Positions 30,000-41,120 of a stretch of 46,607 bases of DNA are shown piece by piece. The notes under the pieces are model-generated. The model worked only from the letters and a program-made list of their open reading frames with translations. It was not told the DNA's origin and did no database searches. Made by a program: the position numbers and the translations under genes. This DNA is from Phycisphaeraceae bacterium (GTDB lineage: Bacteria > Planctomycetota > Phycisphaerae > Phycisphaerales > Zrk34): contig JBBDRF010000028.1 of the NCBI GenBank assembly GCA_040905565.1, positions 1-46,607 on the forward strand, written 5' to 3'. The stretch's first letter is position 1; every line of letters begins with the position of its first letter.

Positions 30000-30800
30000 A
30001 TGAGCATGATGCTGCACAACAAGGTAATCGTGATCGTCGGCGGCACGACCGGACTCGGGCTCTCCGCTGCCAGGGCCTGCGTCGACGCGGGCGGTTGTGT
30101 GGTGGTCGTCGGTCGAGCCGCTGCGAGCGCCGAAGCAGCCGCCGAAGCGCTCGGCGATCGCGGCAGGGCCGTCGTCGGCGATGCCGTCGATTCCGCCACG
30201 GCCGAGCGCGCCATCGACGCCGCCATCGAAGCCTTCGGCGACTTCCACGGCCTCTACCACGTCGCCGGCGGCAGCGGCCGGTCCCAAGGCGACGGCCCCC
30301 TCCACGAACTCACCGACGAAGGCATCGATTTCACCCTCCGCCTGAATCTCACCTCGCTCATCTACGCCAACCGTGCTGCGGTGCGTCGACTGCTCGCGCT
30401 CGGCCACGGCGGGACGATCCTCAACATGGGCAGCGTGCTCGGCTTCTCCCCGTCGCCCGAGCATTTCACCACCCACGTCTACGCCGCCGCCAAGTCCGCC
30501 ATCGTCGGCTTCACACAATCGTGCGCTGCCCGCTACGCGCCGGACAACATCCGCTTCAACGTCCTCGCACCCGGGCTCGTTGAAACGCCGATGGCGCAGC
30601 GGGCGGCCCAAAACCCGACGATTCAGCAGTTCATCCGCACGAAGCAGCCGCTCGACGGCGGCCGCATCGCCCAGCCCGACGACCTCGACGCCGCCGCCGT
30701 CTACTTCCTCGCCGACGCTTCACGCTTCGTCACCGGCCAGGTGCTCGCCGTGGACGGAGGCTGGTGCGTCAGCGAAGGTCAGTACGCCAAGGAAACATGA
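30000..30800 (+). CDS. SDR-family oxidoreductase
   Basis: GGTTGLG, NMGS, YAAAK, VDGGW. Confidence 0.92.
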   Translation: MSMMLHNKVIVIVGGTTGLGLSAARACVDAGGCVVVVGRAAASAEAAAEALGDRGRAVVGDAVDSATAERAIDAAIEAFGDFHGLYHVAGGSGRSQGDGPLHELTDEGIDFTLRLNLTSLIYANRAAVRRLLALGHGGTILNMGSVLGFSPSPEHFTTHVYAAAKSAIVGFTQSCAARYAPDNIRFNVLAPGLVETPMAQRAAQNPTIQQFIRTKQPLDGGRIAQPDDLDAAAVYFLADASRFVTGQVLAVDGGWCVSEGQYAKET

Positions 30801-31624
30801 TGGAAACTCCAGCGACGGCCGCCCCGTCCCTCCAATATCTCGAACGTTGCCGCGACCTCATCGAAGCCGTCGCCGCTCAGCGTGAAGCCATCGCACAAAC
30901 CGCCGACTGGTTCGCCGAATCCATCCTCGCCGGTCGGCTGGTGCATCTGTTCGGCAGCGGACACAGCCGCATCATGGTCGAAGAGATGTGGCCGCGCTAC
31001 GGCTCGTTCCCGGGCTTTCACCCGATTGTCGAACTCTCGCTCACCTTCCACACGCAGGTCGTCGGCGCGAACGGTCAACGGCAGGCGATGTTCCTGGAGA
31101 ACGTGCCCGGCCTCGCCGACCGCATCCTCCGCAACTTCGATATCACCGGCGAAGATGCCGCCCTCATCATCTCCTCCAGCGGCTGCAATGCCGTGCCCAT
31201 CGAGGTGGCGCGGGGACTGCGGGCGCAGGGGGTGCGGACCGTCGCCCTCGTCAGCGTCGCCCACAGTGAGCAGAGCACCAGCAACCACGCATCAGGCGAA
31301 AAGCTCACCGATCACGCCGACCTCGTGCTCGATACCGGCGCGCCCATCGGTGACGCCATGGTGCAGATCCCCGGCATGGAGATGCCCGTTGCCCCCGGCT
31401 CCACGGTAGGGGGGTGCATGATGATCAACGCCATCAAAGCCGAGGTCGCCGATCGTTTGACCCGAGCCGGGCAACCTCCCCTCGCCCTCGCCAGCGGTGC
31501 GGTCGTCGGCAGCGAGCGCGCCCGTGAAATCTTCGAAGCCGCCTACGACGAACACGCCCGCCGGGCTGCCAGGCTTTACGCCAACCTCGGTCAGCACGAC
31601 GCACCCGATCGTCCCGCCACATGA
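30797..31624 (+). CDS. SIS (sugar isomerase) domain protein
   Basis: ATGA overlap; LFGSGHS, ISSSGCN, LDTGAPIGDA motifs. Confidence 0.88.
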   Translation: MMETPATAAPSLQYLERCRDLIEAVAAQREAIAQTADWFAESILAGRLVHLFGSGHSRIMVEEMWPRYGSFPGFHPIVELSLTFHTQVVGANGQRQAMFLENVPGLADRILRNFDITGEDAALIISSSGCNAVPIEVARGLRAQGVRTVALVSVAHSEQSTSNHASGEKLTDHADLVLDTGAPIGDAMVQIPGMEMPVAPGSTVGGCMMINAIKAEVADRLTRAGQPPLALASGAVVGSERAREIFEAAYDEHARRAARLYANLGQHDAPDRPAT

Positions 31625-31661
31625 CCGCCTCTCGCCCCCGAGCATGGAGCCGATCCTCACC

Positions 31662-32713
<1,052 letters not shown>

Positions 32714-32717
<4 letters not shown>

Positions 32718-33586
32718 TCCCCGCACTACTCAAAAACGACGACTTTGTGACCGACGTTCAAACCACGCAAGTCGGCGACGGCTTCGCGATCTGGTGGCTC
32801 GGGCAGAGCGGCTTCCTCCTCAAGCACCCCACGGGTTACGTGCTGCTTGATCCCTACCTCTCCGAGTCGCTCACCGTCAAGTACGCCGACAGCGACAAGC
32901 CTCACACCCGCCTCACCGAGCGCGTGGTCGATGCTGAGCAGCTGAGCTTCGTCGACGTCGTCACCTCCACGCACAACCACACCGACCACCTTGATGCGGA
33001 CACGCTTCGCCCGCTGCTGGCGACGAATCCGAACCTTAAGCTCGTCATCCCCGAAGCCAATCGCGACGTTGCTGCTGAACGCCTGGCGTGCGAGCACGAT
33101 GCACCTGTCGGGCTTAGTGACGGTGAGCATGTCACGCTCGGCGACGTCACCATTCACGCAGTGCCCGCAGCGCATGAGGTGATTGACCGTGACGAGCAGG
33201 GCCGTTCGCGTTTCCTCGGCTACATCGTGAAGTTCGGCCGCTGGAGCATCTATCACAGCGGCGACACCGTCTGGTTCGACGGCCTCGAAGCTCTGCTCAA
33301 ACCCTTCAACATCGACGTGGCCCTGCTGCCGATCAACGGCCGCACCCCCGAACGCCGCGTCACCGGCAACCTCTGGGGCGACGAAGCAGCCGACCTCGCC
33401 GGGCAGGCGGGCATAAAAATGGTCGTGCCTTGCCACTATCACATGTTCGCGTTCAACACCGAAACGCCCGACCTGTTCGTCCACCGGTGTCAGCAGATCG
33501 GTCAGCCTTACACCGTGCTCAGAAGCGGCGAACGCCTCACCAGCGCCGCCGTCGAACGTGCCTCCAAAGCTCTCGCCAATCGCTGA
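32714..33586 (+). CDS. MBL-fold metallo-hydrolase (UlaG-like lactonase)
   Basis: GTGA overlap; WLGQSG, DPYLS, THNHTDHLD, PAAH, HSGDT, LPING, PCHY. Confidence 0.9.
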
Positions 33587-33595
33587 GGTGACCTG

Positions 33596-34672
33596 ATGGC
33601 CAAGTGGAAGATCGCCGGGATCAACTTCGATCACATGCACATGGGCGACCTGCTGCGGCAGGTGCACGAGCATCCCGACACGGAAATCGTCGGCATCTGC
33701 GACGAACACCCCAACCGCATGCAGGACGCCGTCGCCAAGTTCAATATCCCCGCCGAGCGCGTCTTCACCGACTACCGCAAGTGCATGGAGACGGCCAAGC
33801 CGGATCTCGTCGTCCTCTGCCCCGCCACGGCCACGCACGGCGAATGGACGCAAAAAATCGCACCGTTCGGCAGCCACATCCTCATGGAAAAACCCTTCGC
33901 GGCCACCGTCGCCGAGGCCGATGCGATGACCGAAGCCGTGGCGATGACCGGCCGGCAACTCGCGATCAATTGGCCCCTCGCCTGGTACCCCTCGCACCGC
34001 ACGACCAAGCGGCTCATCGACGAAGGCCGCATCGGCGACGTCATCGAAGTGCACTACTACGACGGCAACCGCGGGCCCGTCCACCACAAAGCCGACAAGG
34101 AAGAAGTCAGCCCCGCCGAGGCTCTCGAAGCCAAACGCAACAGCTGGTTCTATCGTGCGGCAGACGGCGGCGGCTCGCTGCTGGACTACCTCGGCTACGG
34201 CACCACGCTCGGCACCTGGTTCATGAACGGCCGGGCCCCGATCGAAGTCACCTGCACCACCCACATCCCCGACGGCCTGGAAGTCGACGAACACAGCATC
34301 ACCGTCGCCCGCTACGAAACGGGCCTCAGCAAGTTCGAGACGCGGTGGGGGACGTACACCGATCCGTGGACGCATCAGCCTCAGCCGAAGTGCGGCTTCG
34401 TCGTCGTCGGCCGGGCCGGCACCATCAGCAGCTACGATTACGCCGACACCATCCGCGTACAGACCGCCGATCATCCCGAGGGTGAGGTCGTGCCCGTCGA
34501 TCAGCTTCAGCCGCCGCTGCAGAATCCGATTCAGTACGTGCTTGATCGCATTGCGAACAACGCGCCGATCGAAGGCCCGCTCTCGCCCGCCATGTGTCGC
34601 ATCGGTCAGCAGATCGTCGATACCGCCTTCCGCAGTGCCCAGGAAAAACGCACGCTGCCGCTGATTCAGTGA
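33596..34672 (+). CDS. Gfo/Idh/MocA-family oxidoreductase
   Basis: GAGGTG RBS; INFDHMH, EKPFA, INWP, GGGSLLDY. Confidence 0.9.
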   Translation: MAKWKIAGINFDHMHMGDLLRQVHEHPDTEIVGICDEHPNRMQDAVAKFNIPAERVFTDYRKCMETAKPDLVVLCPATATHGEWTQKIAPFGSHILMEKPFAATVAEADAMTEAVAMTGRQLAINWPLAWYPSHRTTKRLIDEGRIGDVIEVHYYDGNRGPVHHKADKEEVSPAEALEAKRNSWFYRAADGGGSLLDYLGYGTTLGTWFMNGRAPIEVTCTTHIPDGLEVDEHSITVARYETGLSKFETRWGTYTDPWTHQPQPKCGFVVVGRAGTISSYDYADTIRVQTADHPEGEVVPVDQLQPPLQNPIQYVLDRIANNAPIEGPLSPAMCRIGQQIVDTAFRSAQEKRTLPLIQ

Positions 34673-34693
34673 CCGCTTCGCAGGGAGACACGC

Positions 34694-35794
34694 ATGGCCG
34701 ATCGGGACTACGCGCTCGCCGCTGCTGAGTCGAAGAAGGCACCCGCGCCTGAGCTACCGTATCGGCCGCAGGATCCGAAGCAGTACCGCCCCGCGATCGG
34801 GCTCATCGGTTGCGGCGGCATCACCGAGCACCACCTCACCGCCTACCGCAACGCAGGCTACCGCGTCGTCGCCCTCTGCGATCTCGTCGAAGCCCAGGCC
34901 CGCCGTCGGCAGCAGGAGTTCTACCCCGATGCTGAGGTCTACACCGATCATCGCGCGCTGCTGAATCGGGCGGACATTGAGGTGGTCGACATCACACTGC
35001 ACCCCGAGCATCGCGTCGCGGTCGTCGAAGATGCCATTCGCGCCGGCAAGCACATCCTCAGTCAGAAGCCGTTCGTGCTTGATCTCGCCGTCGGCCGTCG
35101 CCTTGTGAAGCTGGCCGAGCAGCAGGGCGTGAAGCTGGCGGTGAATCAGAACGGGCGCTGGGCCCCGCACTTCAGCTACATGCGTCACGCCATCGCCCGC
35201 GGCCTGATCGGTCAGCCGATGGCCGTAAGGCAGGCGGTGCAGTGGGACCACACGTGGGTGAAGGGCACGCCGTTCGAGCAGATTCATCACCTCGTGCTCT
35301 ACGACTTCGCGATCCACTGGTTTGATATCCTCACCTGTTTCATGGGTGACCAGCAGCCGACGCAGGTTTACGCCTCCGTCACACGTGCGCCGGGTCAGAC
35401 GATCGCGCCGCCGCTGCTGGCGCAGGTGTCAGTCGACTACCCCGCCGCGCAGGCGACGCTCACCTTCGATGCGGCCACGATGCATGGCCCGCAGGACCGC
35501 ACGACCATCGTCGGCACCGAGGGCACGCTCCACAGCCTCGGCCCCGACCTCGGCAAGCAGCAGGTCACCCTCAGCACCGCAGCCGGCGAAGCGCGCCCGC
35601 AACTGCAAGGCACCTGGTTCCCCGACGGTTTCCACGGCACCATGGCCGAGCTGCTTTGCGCCATCGAAGAAGATCGCGAACCGGCCCACAGCGGCGCGAA
35701 CAACCTGCGCTCCCTCGAACTCTGCTTCGCCGCCATCGCCAGCGCCGAAACCGGCAAGCCCGTCCAGCCGGGTACCGTCACACAGCTGCCGTAG
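34694..35794 (+). CDS. Gfo/Idh/MocA-family oxidoreductase
   Basis: GGGAG RBS; IGCGGI, SQKP, VNQNGRW, DFAIHWFD. Confidence 0.9.
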   Translation: MADRDYALAAAESKKAPAPELPYRPQDPKQYRPAIGLIGCGGITEHHLTAYRNAGYRVVALCDLVEAQARRRQQEFYPDAEVYTDHRALLNRADIEVVDITLHPEHRVAVVEDAIRAGKHILSQKPFVLDLAVGRRLVKLAEQQGVKLAVNQNGRWAPHFSYMRHAIARGLIGQPMAVRQAVQWDHTWVKGTPFEQIHHLVLYDFAIHWFDILTCFMGDQQPTQVYASVTRAPGQTIAPPLLAQVSVDYPAAQATLTFDAATMHGPQDRTTIVGTEGTLHSLGPDLGKQQVTLSTAAGEARPQLQGTWFPDGFHGTMAELLCAIEEDREPAHSGANNLRSLELCFAAIASAETGKPVQPGTVTQLP

Positions 35795-35856
35795 CACCAG
35801 ACAGGCAACGTCCGGCGCGGGAACGAAGGGGCCCGACGCAGATTCAGCGCAGTCGG

Positions 35857-35971
35857 CAGGGTGCCCCGGCCAGCGGAGACGGCCGGGCGGAATCGCGACA
35901 TCGGCCCCGGCAACTGTGCAGGTCCGGAAAGCCCGGCCGTCTCGCTTCGCTCGCTGGCCGGGGCACCCCTG
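35857..35971. repeat. REPIN-like long inverted repeat (two palindromic arms)
   Basis: Left arm CAGGGTGCCCCGGCCAGCG-GAGACGGCCGGGC (35857-35888) pairs with right arm 35931-35971, which has an extra 8 nt; each arm is itself a hairpin. Confidence 0.75.
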
Positions 35972-35996
35972 TACCCCTGCAAGCCGCCTTCCTTTT

Positions 35997-36024
35997 AATC
36001 AACAATCACAAATCAGCAATCAAC
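35997..36024 (+). repeat. Heptamer tandem repeat (AATCAnn)x4
   Basis: AATCAAC AATCACA AATCAGC AATCAAC. Confidence 0.75.
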
Positions 36025-36179
36025 AGTTCGTAGCCCCGACCGCCTACCTCCCATTGCGTTCACCCTGCGCCAGGTCTCCGTAAACCTATACGTGACACCC
36101 GCCTCCCGCAAACCTATAATAGACTTAGAAAATACGAGGCTATGCACGCTTCGCTCAGGACACTCTGAAGGAACCGATC

Positions 36180-37646
36180 ATGACGATGCGCCACGATCAG
36201 GCCATGCAGGAATACGCACGCGCCATGACCCGCCGCCAGCTGCTCGCCAACGGCCGAAACGTCGTCGGCTCTGCCGCACTCGCTTCGCTGCTCGGCTCGA
36301 CCGCCGGCGTCAAGGCCGCGGCCGACCGCACGCCCGGGCCTCATTTCGCGCCCAAGGCCAAGCACGTGATCTACCTGCACATGGTCGGGGGCCCGTCGCA
36401 GATGGACCTCTTCGATCACAAGCCCGTCATGCAGAAAGACTGGTTCGACAAGGACCTGCCCGAATCCATCCGCATGGGCCAACGCCTGACCACCATGACC
36501 AGCGGCCAGGCCCGCTTCCCCATCGCCCCCTCCGTCTACAACTTCAAACGCCACGGCCAGAGCGGCATGTGGGTCAGCGAACTGCTGCCGAACACCGCGA
36601 AGATGGTCGACGAAATGTGCTTCATCCGAAGCATGCACACCGAAGCGATCAACCACGAACCGGCCATCACGATGTCGCAGACGGGCAACCAGATTGCTGG
36701 CAAGCCCTGCATCGGCGCGTGGTCGTCCTACGGACTCGGGGCCGTCAACGAAAACCTCCCGACCTTTGTGGTCATGGTTGCCATCCCCACCAACCGCGAA
36801 CAGGAGCAGGCGATCTCCGCAAGGCTCTGGTCCGCAGGCTTCCTCCCCGGTGAGCACGCGGGCGTCTCACTCCGCAGCAGCGGCGATCCGATTCTCTACA
36901 TCAAAAACCCGCCCGGGGTGCCCGCGCATGTCCGCCGCCGTACTCTCGACGGCCTGCAGCAGATGAACCAGATGAACGAGCGGATGATCGGCGACCCCCA
37001 AACCACCACCCGCATTCAGCAGTACGAACTCGCCTACCGCATGCAGTCCAGCGTGCCCGAACTCACCGACCTCTCACAGGAATCCGACAGCACGTTTGAA
37101 CTGTACGGCGAAGACGCACGGCAGGGCGGCACCTTCGCCAACACCGCACTCATGGCCCGACGCATGGTGCAACGCGGCGTCCGGTTCGTCCAGATCTACC
37201 ACAACAACTGGGACCACCACGGCAACCTCACCGGTCGCATGGACGATCAATGCAAAGACGTCGACCGCGCCACCTACGGCCTCCTCCAAGATCTCAAACA
37301 ACGCGGCATGCTCGAAGATACCCTTGTGGTCTGGGGCGGCGAGTTCGGCCGAACCATCTACTCTCAGGGCGAACTGACCAAAACCAACTACGGCCGCGAC
37401 CACCATCCCCGCTGCTTCACCATGTGGATGGCGGGCGGCGGCTCCAAGCCCGGCACCGTCTACGGCGAAACCGACGAGTTCTCCTACAACATCACCAAAG
37501 ACCCCGTCCACGTGAACGAACTCAACGCCACGATCCTGAACCTGCTCGGCTTCAACAACAACCGCTTCGCCTACCCCTTCCAGGGACTCGAGCAACGCCT
37601 CACCGGCGTCGAACACGTCGACCCCGTCCCCGCCCTCATGGCCTAA
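36180..37646 (+). CDS. DUF1501 domain protein (Tat-exported, sulfatase-like fold)
   Basis: TRRQLL Tat motif; PKAKHVIYLHMVGGPSQMDLFD, ARRMVQRGVRFVQ, WDHH, WGGEFGRT, GRDHH. Confidence 0.93.
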   Translation: MTMRHDQAMQEYARAMTRRQLLANGRNVVGSAALASLLGSTAGVKAAADRTPGPHFAPKAKHVIYLHMVGGPSQMDLFDHKPVMQKDWFDKDLPESIRMGQRLTTMTSGQARFPIAPSVYNFKRHGQSGMWVSELLPNTAKMVDEMCFIRSMHTEAINHEPAITMSQTGNQIAGKPCIGAWSSYGLGAVNENLPTFVVMVAIPTNREQEQAISARLWSAGFLPGEHAGVSLRSSGDPILYIKNPPGVPAHVRRRTLDGLQQMNQMNERMIGDPQTTTRIQQYELAYRMQSSVPELTDLSQESDSTFELYGEDARQGGTFANTALMARRMVQRGVRFVQIYHNNWDHHGNLTGRMDDQCKDVDRATYGLLQDLKQRGMLEDTLVVWGGEFGRTIYSQGELTKTNYGRDHHPRCFTMWMAGGGSKPGTVYGETDEFSYNITKDPVHVNELNATILNLLGFNNNRFAYPFQGLEQRLTGVEHVDPVPALMA

Positions 37647-37675
37647 CCCCCCCCCATAAAAACAGCACGAGCCCC

Positions 37676-37704
37676 ACAACGAGCCGCGACCGTAAGGGAG
37701 CGGT
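37676..37704 (+). repeat. REP-like element, family A
   Basis: ACAACGAGCCGCGACCGTAAGGGAGCGGT. Confidence 0.8.
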
Positions 37705-37759
37705 TGTGCCCCGGATGCCACGCAGCAGCCCGCAGGGTGCTGTGTGTTCGCGTTCAAAC

Positions 37760-38671
37760 TCACTCCGCCGGCTGAAGCTTCACCACTTCCCCGCACTTCG
37801 GGCAGCGTCCCTTCTTGCCCCGGTGCGCACTTTTGACGCGGAAGCCCGCACCGCAGCGGCACCGCACCTTCATCGCTTCCACCGTGGCCGTCGCCGTTTC
37901 AACAGCCGCCGTGGCCTTCTCCGCAACGGCGGGTTCCTCATACGGCGTCGAAAGCGGAGCCACACCCGACGGATCCCAATTCGGCACCGGCCCCACACCG
38001 ACGGGCTTCTTCCGCTCAGTCCGCTTCGCCGGCTTGCCGTACACCTCAAAGATCGAATGCTCCGTGTCCGTCATCTCGATCCAGTGGTACTTCAGCATCA
38101 TCACGCCGACCCCCGCCCCCGCCCCGAGTCCGCCCAGATGCGCCCAGTAGGCAATCCCGCCGCCTCCCGTCATCGCGCCGAACAGGTCGAACGCCAGCCA
38201 GATCGCCACGAGGAAACGGCAATCCAGGTCGAACGTCCCCCCGCGCACGAAGAAGAACCAGAAGCAGCTGACACTGTTCGCCGGATACCAGATGAGCGCC
38301 ACGCCGATCACGCCGTTGATCGCCCCGCTCGCGCCGATCGCCGGGTCGCCATCAAGCAGCAGATGCACCACCGAAGCTGCACCCGCCAGGCCGGCGTAGG
38401 CGAGCGCGTAGAGCACATTGCCCATCTTGGCGCAGACCGCGTTGCCGAACACCCACAGGAAGAGCATGTTGCCCGCGAGGTGGATGATATCGCCGTGGAG
38501 TAGTGCCGAGCCGAACAGACTCGACGGGCTCCAGTCGTTCAGCACCATCGCATCGGGAAGCTCGCCGGCAGCGAACACCATGAAGCTGAAATAGACTGTC
38601 CCAATGATGATCGCGAAGTTGGCCAGCGGCCACCGCGCCATCGGCACGTCAAATTGAAATGGAAAAAACAC
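37760..38671 (-). CDS. Rhomboid intramembrane serine protease with C-terminal zinc ribbon
   Basis: H...HLAGNMLFL, GASGA (Ser), WAHLGG (His); C-terminal CRC...CPKC. Confidence 0.9.
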   Translation of the reverse strand: MFFPFQFDVPMARWPLANFAIIIGTVYFSFMVFAAGELPDAMVLNDWSPSSLFGSALLHGDIIHLAGNMLFLWVFGNAVCAKMGNVLYALAYAGLAGAASVVHLLLDGDPAIGASGAINGVIGVALIWYPANSVSCFWFFFVRGGTFDLDCRFLVAIWLAFDLFGAMTGGGGIAYWAHLGGLGAGAGVGVMMLKYHWIEMTDTEHSIFEVYGKPAKRTERKKPVGVGPVPNWDPSGVAPLSTPYEEPAVAEKATAAVETATATVEAMKVRCRCGAGFRVKSAHRGKKGRCPKCGEVVKLQPAE

Positions 38672-38737
38672 CGGTTACCCCAAGGACAAAGGTCTGCCTC
38701 GGGGATCGACGGACACGAACGCCGAGACAACGCGAGA

Positions 38738-39208
38738 TTAGCTGCTGGCCACGATAGCCGCAGGATCTTCCCCCGCTTCGATCGCTGCGATCTTCGCCAC
38801 GCGCCTCGCATGACGGCCGCCTTCAAACTCCGTCTCGAGCCAGAGTTCCACGATCTTCTCGATCAGCTTCTGCCCCAGCATATCCGCCGAAAGGCACAGC
38901 ACGTTCGCGTCGTTGTGACGCCGGCAGACCTCCGCACTGATTTCGTCATGCGCCAGCGCCGCCCGCACGCCGCGCACCTTGTTCGCCGCGATCGACATCC
39001 CGATGCCCGACCCGCAGATCAGCACACCACGGTCCGCCCGACCCTCCGCCACAGCACACCCCACCGCCCACGCATAATCCGGATAATCGCAGCTGGCCCC
39101 ATCGGAAAAAGCCACAGGCACAATCTCATGCCCGTTCTCTTCAACCAGGTCGCTCAACGCCTGATGGAGATGCACCCCCCGGTGGTCACAACTGATGGCA
39201 ATTTTCAC
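38738..39208 (-). CDS. rpiB: Ribose 5-phosphate isomerase B
   Basis: CDHRG, DYPD, LICGSGIGMSIAANKV, HNDANVL, FEGGRHARRV. Confidence 0.95.
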   Translation of the reverse strand: MKIAISCDHRGVHLHQALSDLVEENGHEIVPVAFSDGASCDYPDYAWAVGCAVAEGRADRGVLICGSGIGMSIAANKVRGVRAALAHDEISAEVCRRHNDANVLCLSADMLGQKLIEKIVELWLETEFEGGRHARRVAKIAAIEAGEDPAAIVASS

Positions 39209-40374
39209 GGGTGCTTCTCCAAAGGCGACACGGCCGAATCGAAACCCAATTCATCCAGACGACGCCGGACGAACTTCTGTATCTGCTGAGCGCATTTTAA
39301 GTATATCTGGGGCCCCGCGCCAATAGGGTCTTCAACCGACTCCCCCTCAGGATCCAGCAGCACCGCCCGCGACGCCGCCGCCGGTGCAATCTCCTGAACC
39401 GCCATCAAGTGCGAAGGTGTCATGCAGAAGATCGCCTCCGCATGGTCAATCAACGCAGGCGTCAGCGTTTGCGAAGCATGGCGATGCGGCCGAACGTCCA
39501 GTCGCGCCAGCGCCTGCGCCGCCTCGCTCGTCATCGGCGAGCCCGGCATCGCAGACGCGCCCGCCGAAATCACCTTCACATTCGCCTGCTCAAGCTCGTC
39601 GGCTCCCACCCCCAGCCGCCGCCCAAGCTCATCGCGCGCGATCGCTTCGGCCATCGGGCTTCGGCAAGTGTTCCCGCTACAGACAAAAACGAAGGTACGC
39701 TGCATAAGCTTTTCGATATAACGGGTGTCGTAAACCCCTTCGCGGACCACCTCAGCCCGCTCGCCGTCGATCCGGATGATAGTCGACGCCCGCCCATAGC
39801 GACACGGCCCCCCGTCAAGAATCAGATCGACTTCCTCGCCGATCGACCCAGCCGCCGCCTCCGCGGACTTCGGCGGAGCCTCCCCCTTCCGATTCGCACT
39901 GCTCGCCACGACCGGCTCGCCCACCTCCGCAAGCAGCGCCCGCGCCACCGCGTCATCAGGCACCCGCAGCCCGATCGTGTTGCCGTGATAAATGCGATCG
40001 CGCGCGTCAGGCCCCAGCCCCAGCTCATCAAGCTTCCGCGCAATCGTCGCATCGTCCACATCAACAATGAAGCTGATCGGCCCCGGCATCGTCCGTCTCG
40101 CCAGCCGCATCAGCGCCCGGTTCTGCTCAAGATCCACAAACCGCGCGATCGACGCGACATCAGGCAGGTGAAGCGTAAAGGGCTGCGTTTCCGCCCGACC
40201 CTTAACCTCCCGCAATCGCTCTACCCCTGTAGCGCTCGCAGCACTGGCGCCCACGCCGTAAACCGTCTCCGTGGGAAACACCACAACCCCGCCCTGGCGC
40301 AGCAACTCAGCCGCCTGGCGCACCGCCTCCAGGCACTGGGATTCCGTCTCGCATTCAAGCATCACCGAAGCCAT
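39205..40374 (-). CDS. tsaC: Threonylcarbamoyl-AMP synthase (TsaC/YrdC) fused to a low-molecular-weight (YwlE-like arginine) phosphatase
   Basis: FPTETVYG, KGR, GLRVP, SSANR, STII; then VCSGNTCRSPMAE...DPIG. Start placed at MASVML behind a GATAAT hexamer. Confidence 0.9.
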   Translation of the reverse strand: MASVMLECETESQCLEAVRQAAELLRQGGVVVFPTETVYGVGASAASATGVERLREVKGRAETQPFTLHLPDVASIARFVDLEQNRALMRLARRTMPGPISFIVDVDDATIARKLDELGLGPDARDRIYHGNTIGLRVPDDAVARALLAEVGEPVVASSANRKGEAPPKSAEAAAGSIGEEVDLILDGGPCRYGRASTIIRIDGERAEVVREGVYDTRYIEKLMQRTFVFVCSGNTCRSPMAEAIARDELGRRLGVGADELEQANVKVISAGASAMPGSPMTSEAAQALARLDVRPHRHASQTLTPALIDHAEAIFCMTPSHLMAVQEIAPAAASRAVLLDPEGESVEDPIGAGPQIYLKCAQQIQKFVRRRLDELGFDSAVSPLEKHP

Positions 40375-40408
40375 AGCCCCATTATCAAAGGCCAAACTCA
40401 CCCGGTCA

Positions 40409-40477
40409 AACGCTCCCCCCCGAAGCCCACGGCGTACCGCCGTGGGATCCCCTCAATCCGCCACGCGCTCCAGATAC
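40409..40477. repeat. Direct repeat copy 1 (~70 bp): palindrome plus duplicated 3' end of the TPR-like gene
   Basis: GAAGCCCACGGCGTACCGCCGTGGGAT hairpin; the minus strand encodes YLERVAD*. Confidence 0.85.
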
Positions 40478-40523
40478 ACCCCAACAGAGCCGGGCTGTCC
40501 CCAGCCCGGTACGTCCTTCGCCA

Positions 40524-41108
40524 TCAAAAGCGTGACTCAATGACAACGGTATCCCCGTTGCCATGGTGCAACAGCTCAATCGAACGCCTGGCCTCCGTTC
40601 GCCGAAAGCCTGTCACCTCCCCGTGACTTGCACGCGGATCCATGCTGGCATCGCCATCCGTCTCGTGCATCGCCGACATCTTATCAGCATCGATCGATGC
40701 CAACTGCAGGGCATCCGCCAGCCGGCTAGCATCCTCTAGGCTGGAACGCATCCTCAAAACAACTCGTCGGTCACCAAGACGGTAAGTGTAGGACACCGAT
40801 GCGTCACGCCAGTCTGAGAGCGCTCGATCTGAAAGCCCAAGGTCGTGTCGAACAAAATGATCAACCGAAGGATTGTAGTTAACCCACAAGAACGTCAACA
40901 CGCTGGCGCTCAGCAATAGCCAGATCGAGAAAAAGATCAGGGGGCGACGTCGCACTGGCGAAGCCTTAGCAGCCAACCACAGCGCAATGGCGAACGGAAC
41001 CGCAGCCGCAGCGCCAAAGAAAGGTCCCAATGCAACATCCCGGCACACCGCTCCGCCAATCGCGCCGGCCGCAACAACACCCATCGGTCCGTATCGACTG
41101 ATCGCCAT
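40524..41108 (-). CDS. Hypothetical membrane protein on a small insert
   Basis: GGAG RBS 8 nt before ATG 41108; about three TM segments then a soluble domain; codon usage visibly less biased than neighbours. Confidence 0.6.
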   Translation of the reverse strand: MAISRYGPMGVVAAGAIGGAVCRDVALGPFFGAAAAVPFAIALWLAAKASPVRRRPLIFFSIWLLLSASVLTFLWVNYNPSVDHFVRHDLGLSDRALSDWRDASVSYTYRLGDRRVVLRMRSSLEDASRLADALQLASIDADKMSAMHETDGDASMDPRASHGEVTGFRRTEARRSIELLHHGNGDTVVIESRF

Positions 41109-41120
41109 CAGCGTCACTCC

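Noticed and set aside
32726..34474. 582-aa minus-strand ORF, and similar long antisense ORFs (6612-7919, 21226-22728, 27851-29473, 31434-32726)
   Set aside because: They are shadows of well-supported genes on the opposite strand; expected in high-GC DNA and without motifs
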